Shown: positions 63,261 through 64,000 of the stretch, in pieces
Layout: every line of letters starts with the position of its first letter
How positions within the stretch are numbered: position 1 is the stretch's first letter
Assembly (NCBI RefSeq): GCF_009914755.1
Contig: NC_060947.1
Length of the DNA: 64,000 bases
Source: the human T2T-CHM13v2.0 reference genome, Homo sapiens
Direction: 5' to 3' (one strand)
Translations under genes and position numbers: made by a program
The notes under the pieces: model-generated
Databases searched by the model: none
The model's input: the letters and a program-made list of their open reading frames with translations, nothing else
Told to the model about the DNA's origin: nothing

Positions 63261-63648
63261 CCCATCATCACAGGGCATCATCCATGGGGAGTCTGAGGAT
63301 TTTCAGATGTCAGTGCATTTGAAATTGAAATAAGCGCTGTAAGCTATAGGCAAATTCTCAGAAATGGTTTCATGTATTCTGGTTTATGTATAGAGGCTAT
63401 TAGTTACTTTGTTATTTTATTTAACAAATATTTATTGAGCATATACTATGTACCAGAAACTCTTTATCGGCTCTGAGGATTAAGCAGTGAATAAAACACA
63501 GAATGAATTTCATAAGCTTCATTTACAATAGCTAATAGAAAACTGAGAAATACAAACATGCTGATTATTTGATTTCAGGTGGATGAAAAATCCAGTTATT
63601 TTTACCCACTGCAGACAGCATGAGTTATTACTTTTTGTGTATTACTGA

Positions 63649-63979
<331 letters not shown>

Positions 63980-64000
63980 CCAGATTTTTTTGTCTCTTTT

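Overview
Primate (almost certainly human) genomic DNA, repeat-dense, with no intact host protein-coding exon that I can support. It contains a near full-length L1PA3/4-type LINE-1 (minus strand, intact ORF1, broken ORF2) inserted into an older L1MA, a second 5'-truncated L1PA on the plus strand, a processed PIGF pseudogene, 14 Alus, many MaLR/ERVL LTRs, a solo LTR7 and a THE1 each inserted inside an Alu, and a Tigger1 carrying nested insertions. Four observations stand out. (1) The two inverted L1PAs share about 8 non-consensus variants while keeping different subfamily diagnostics, which suggests gene conversion or an inversion substrate. (2) The PIGF retrocopy carries an in-frame 57-nt MIR-like extra segment between RPWQ and VWPI, which looks like a fossil splice isoform. 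(3) One old MIR is interrupted by the retrocopy, a 2.4-kb orientation-switching AT-rich array, and a 124-bp inverted copy of sequence from about 9 kb upstream with microhomology and hairpin junctions. (4) There is a 305-bp non-tandem duplication that runs past an LTR end. All repeat subfamily names are from recalled consensus sequences, not from a database search.
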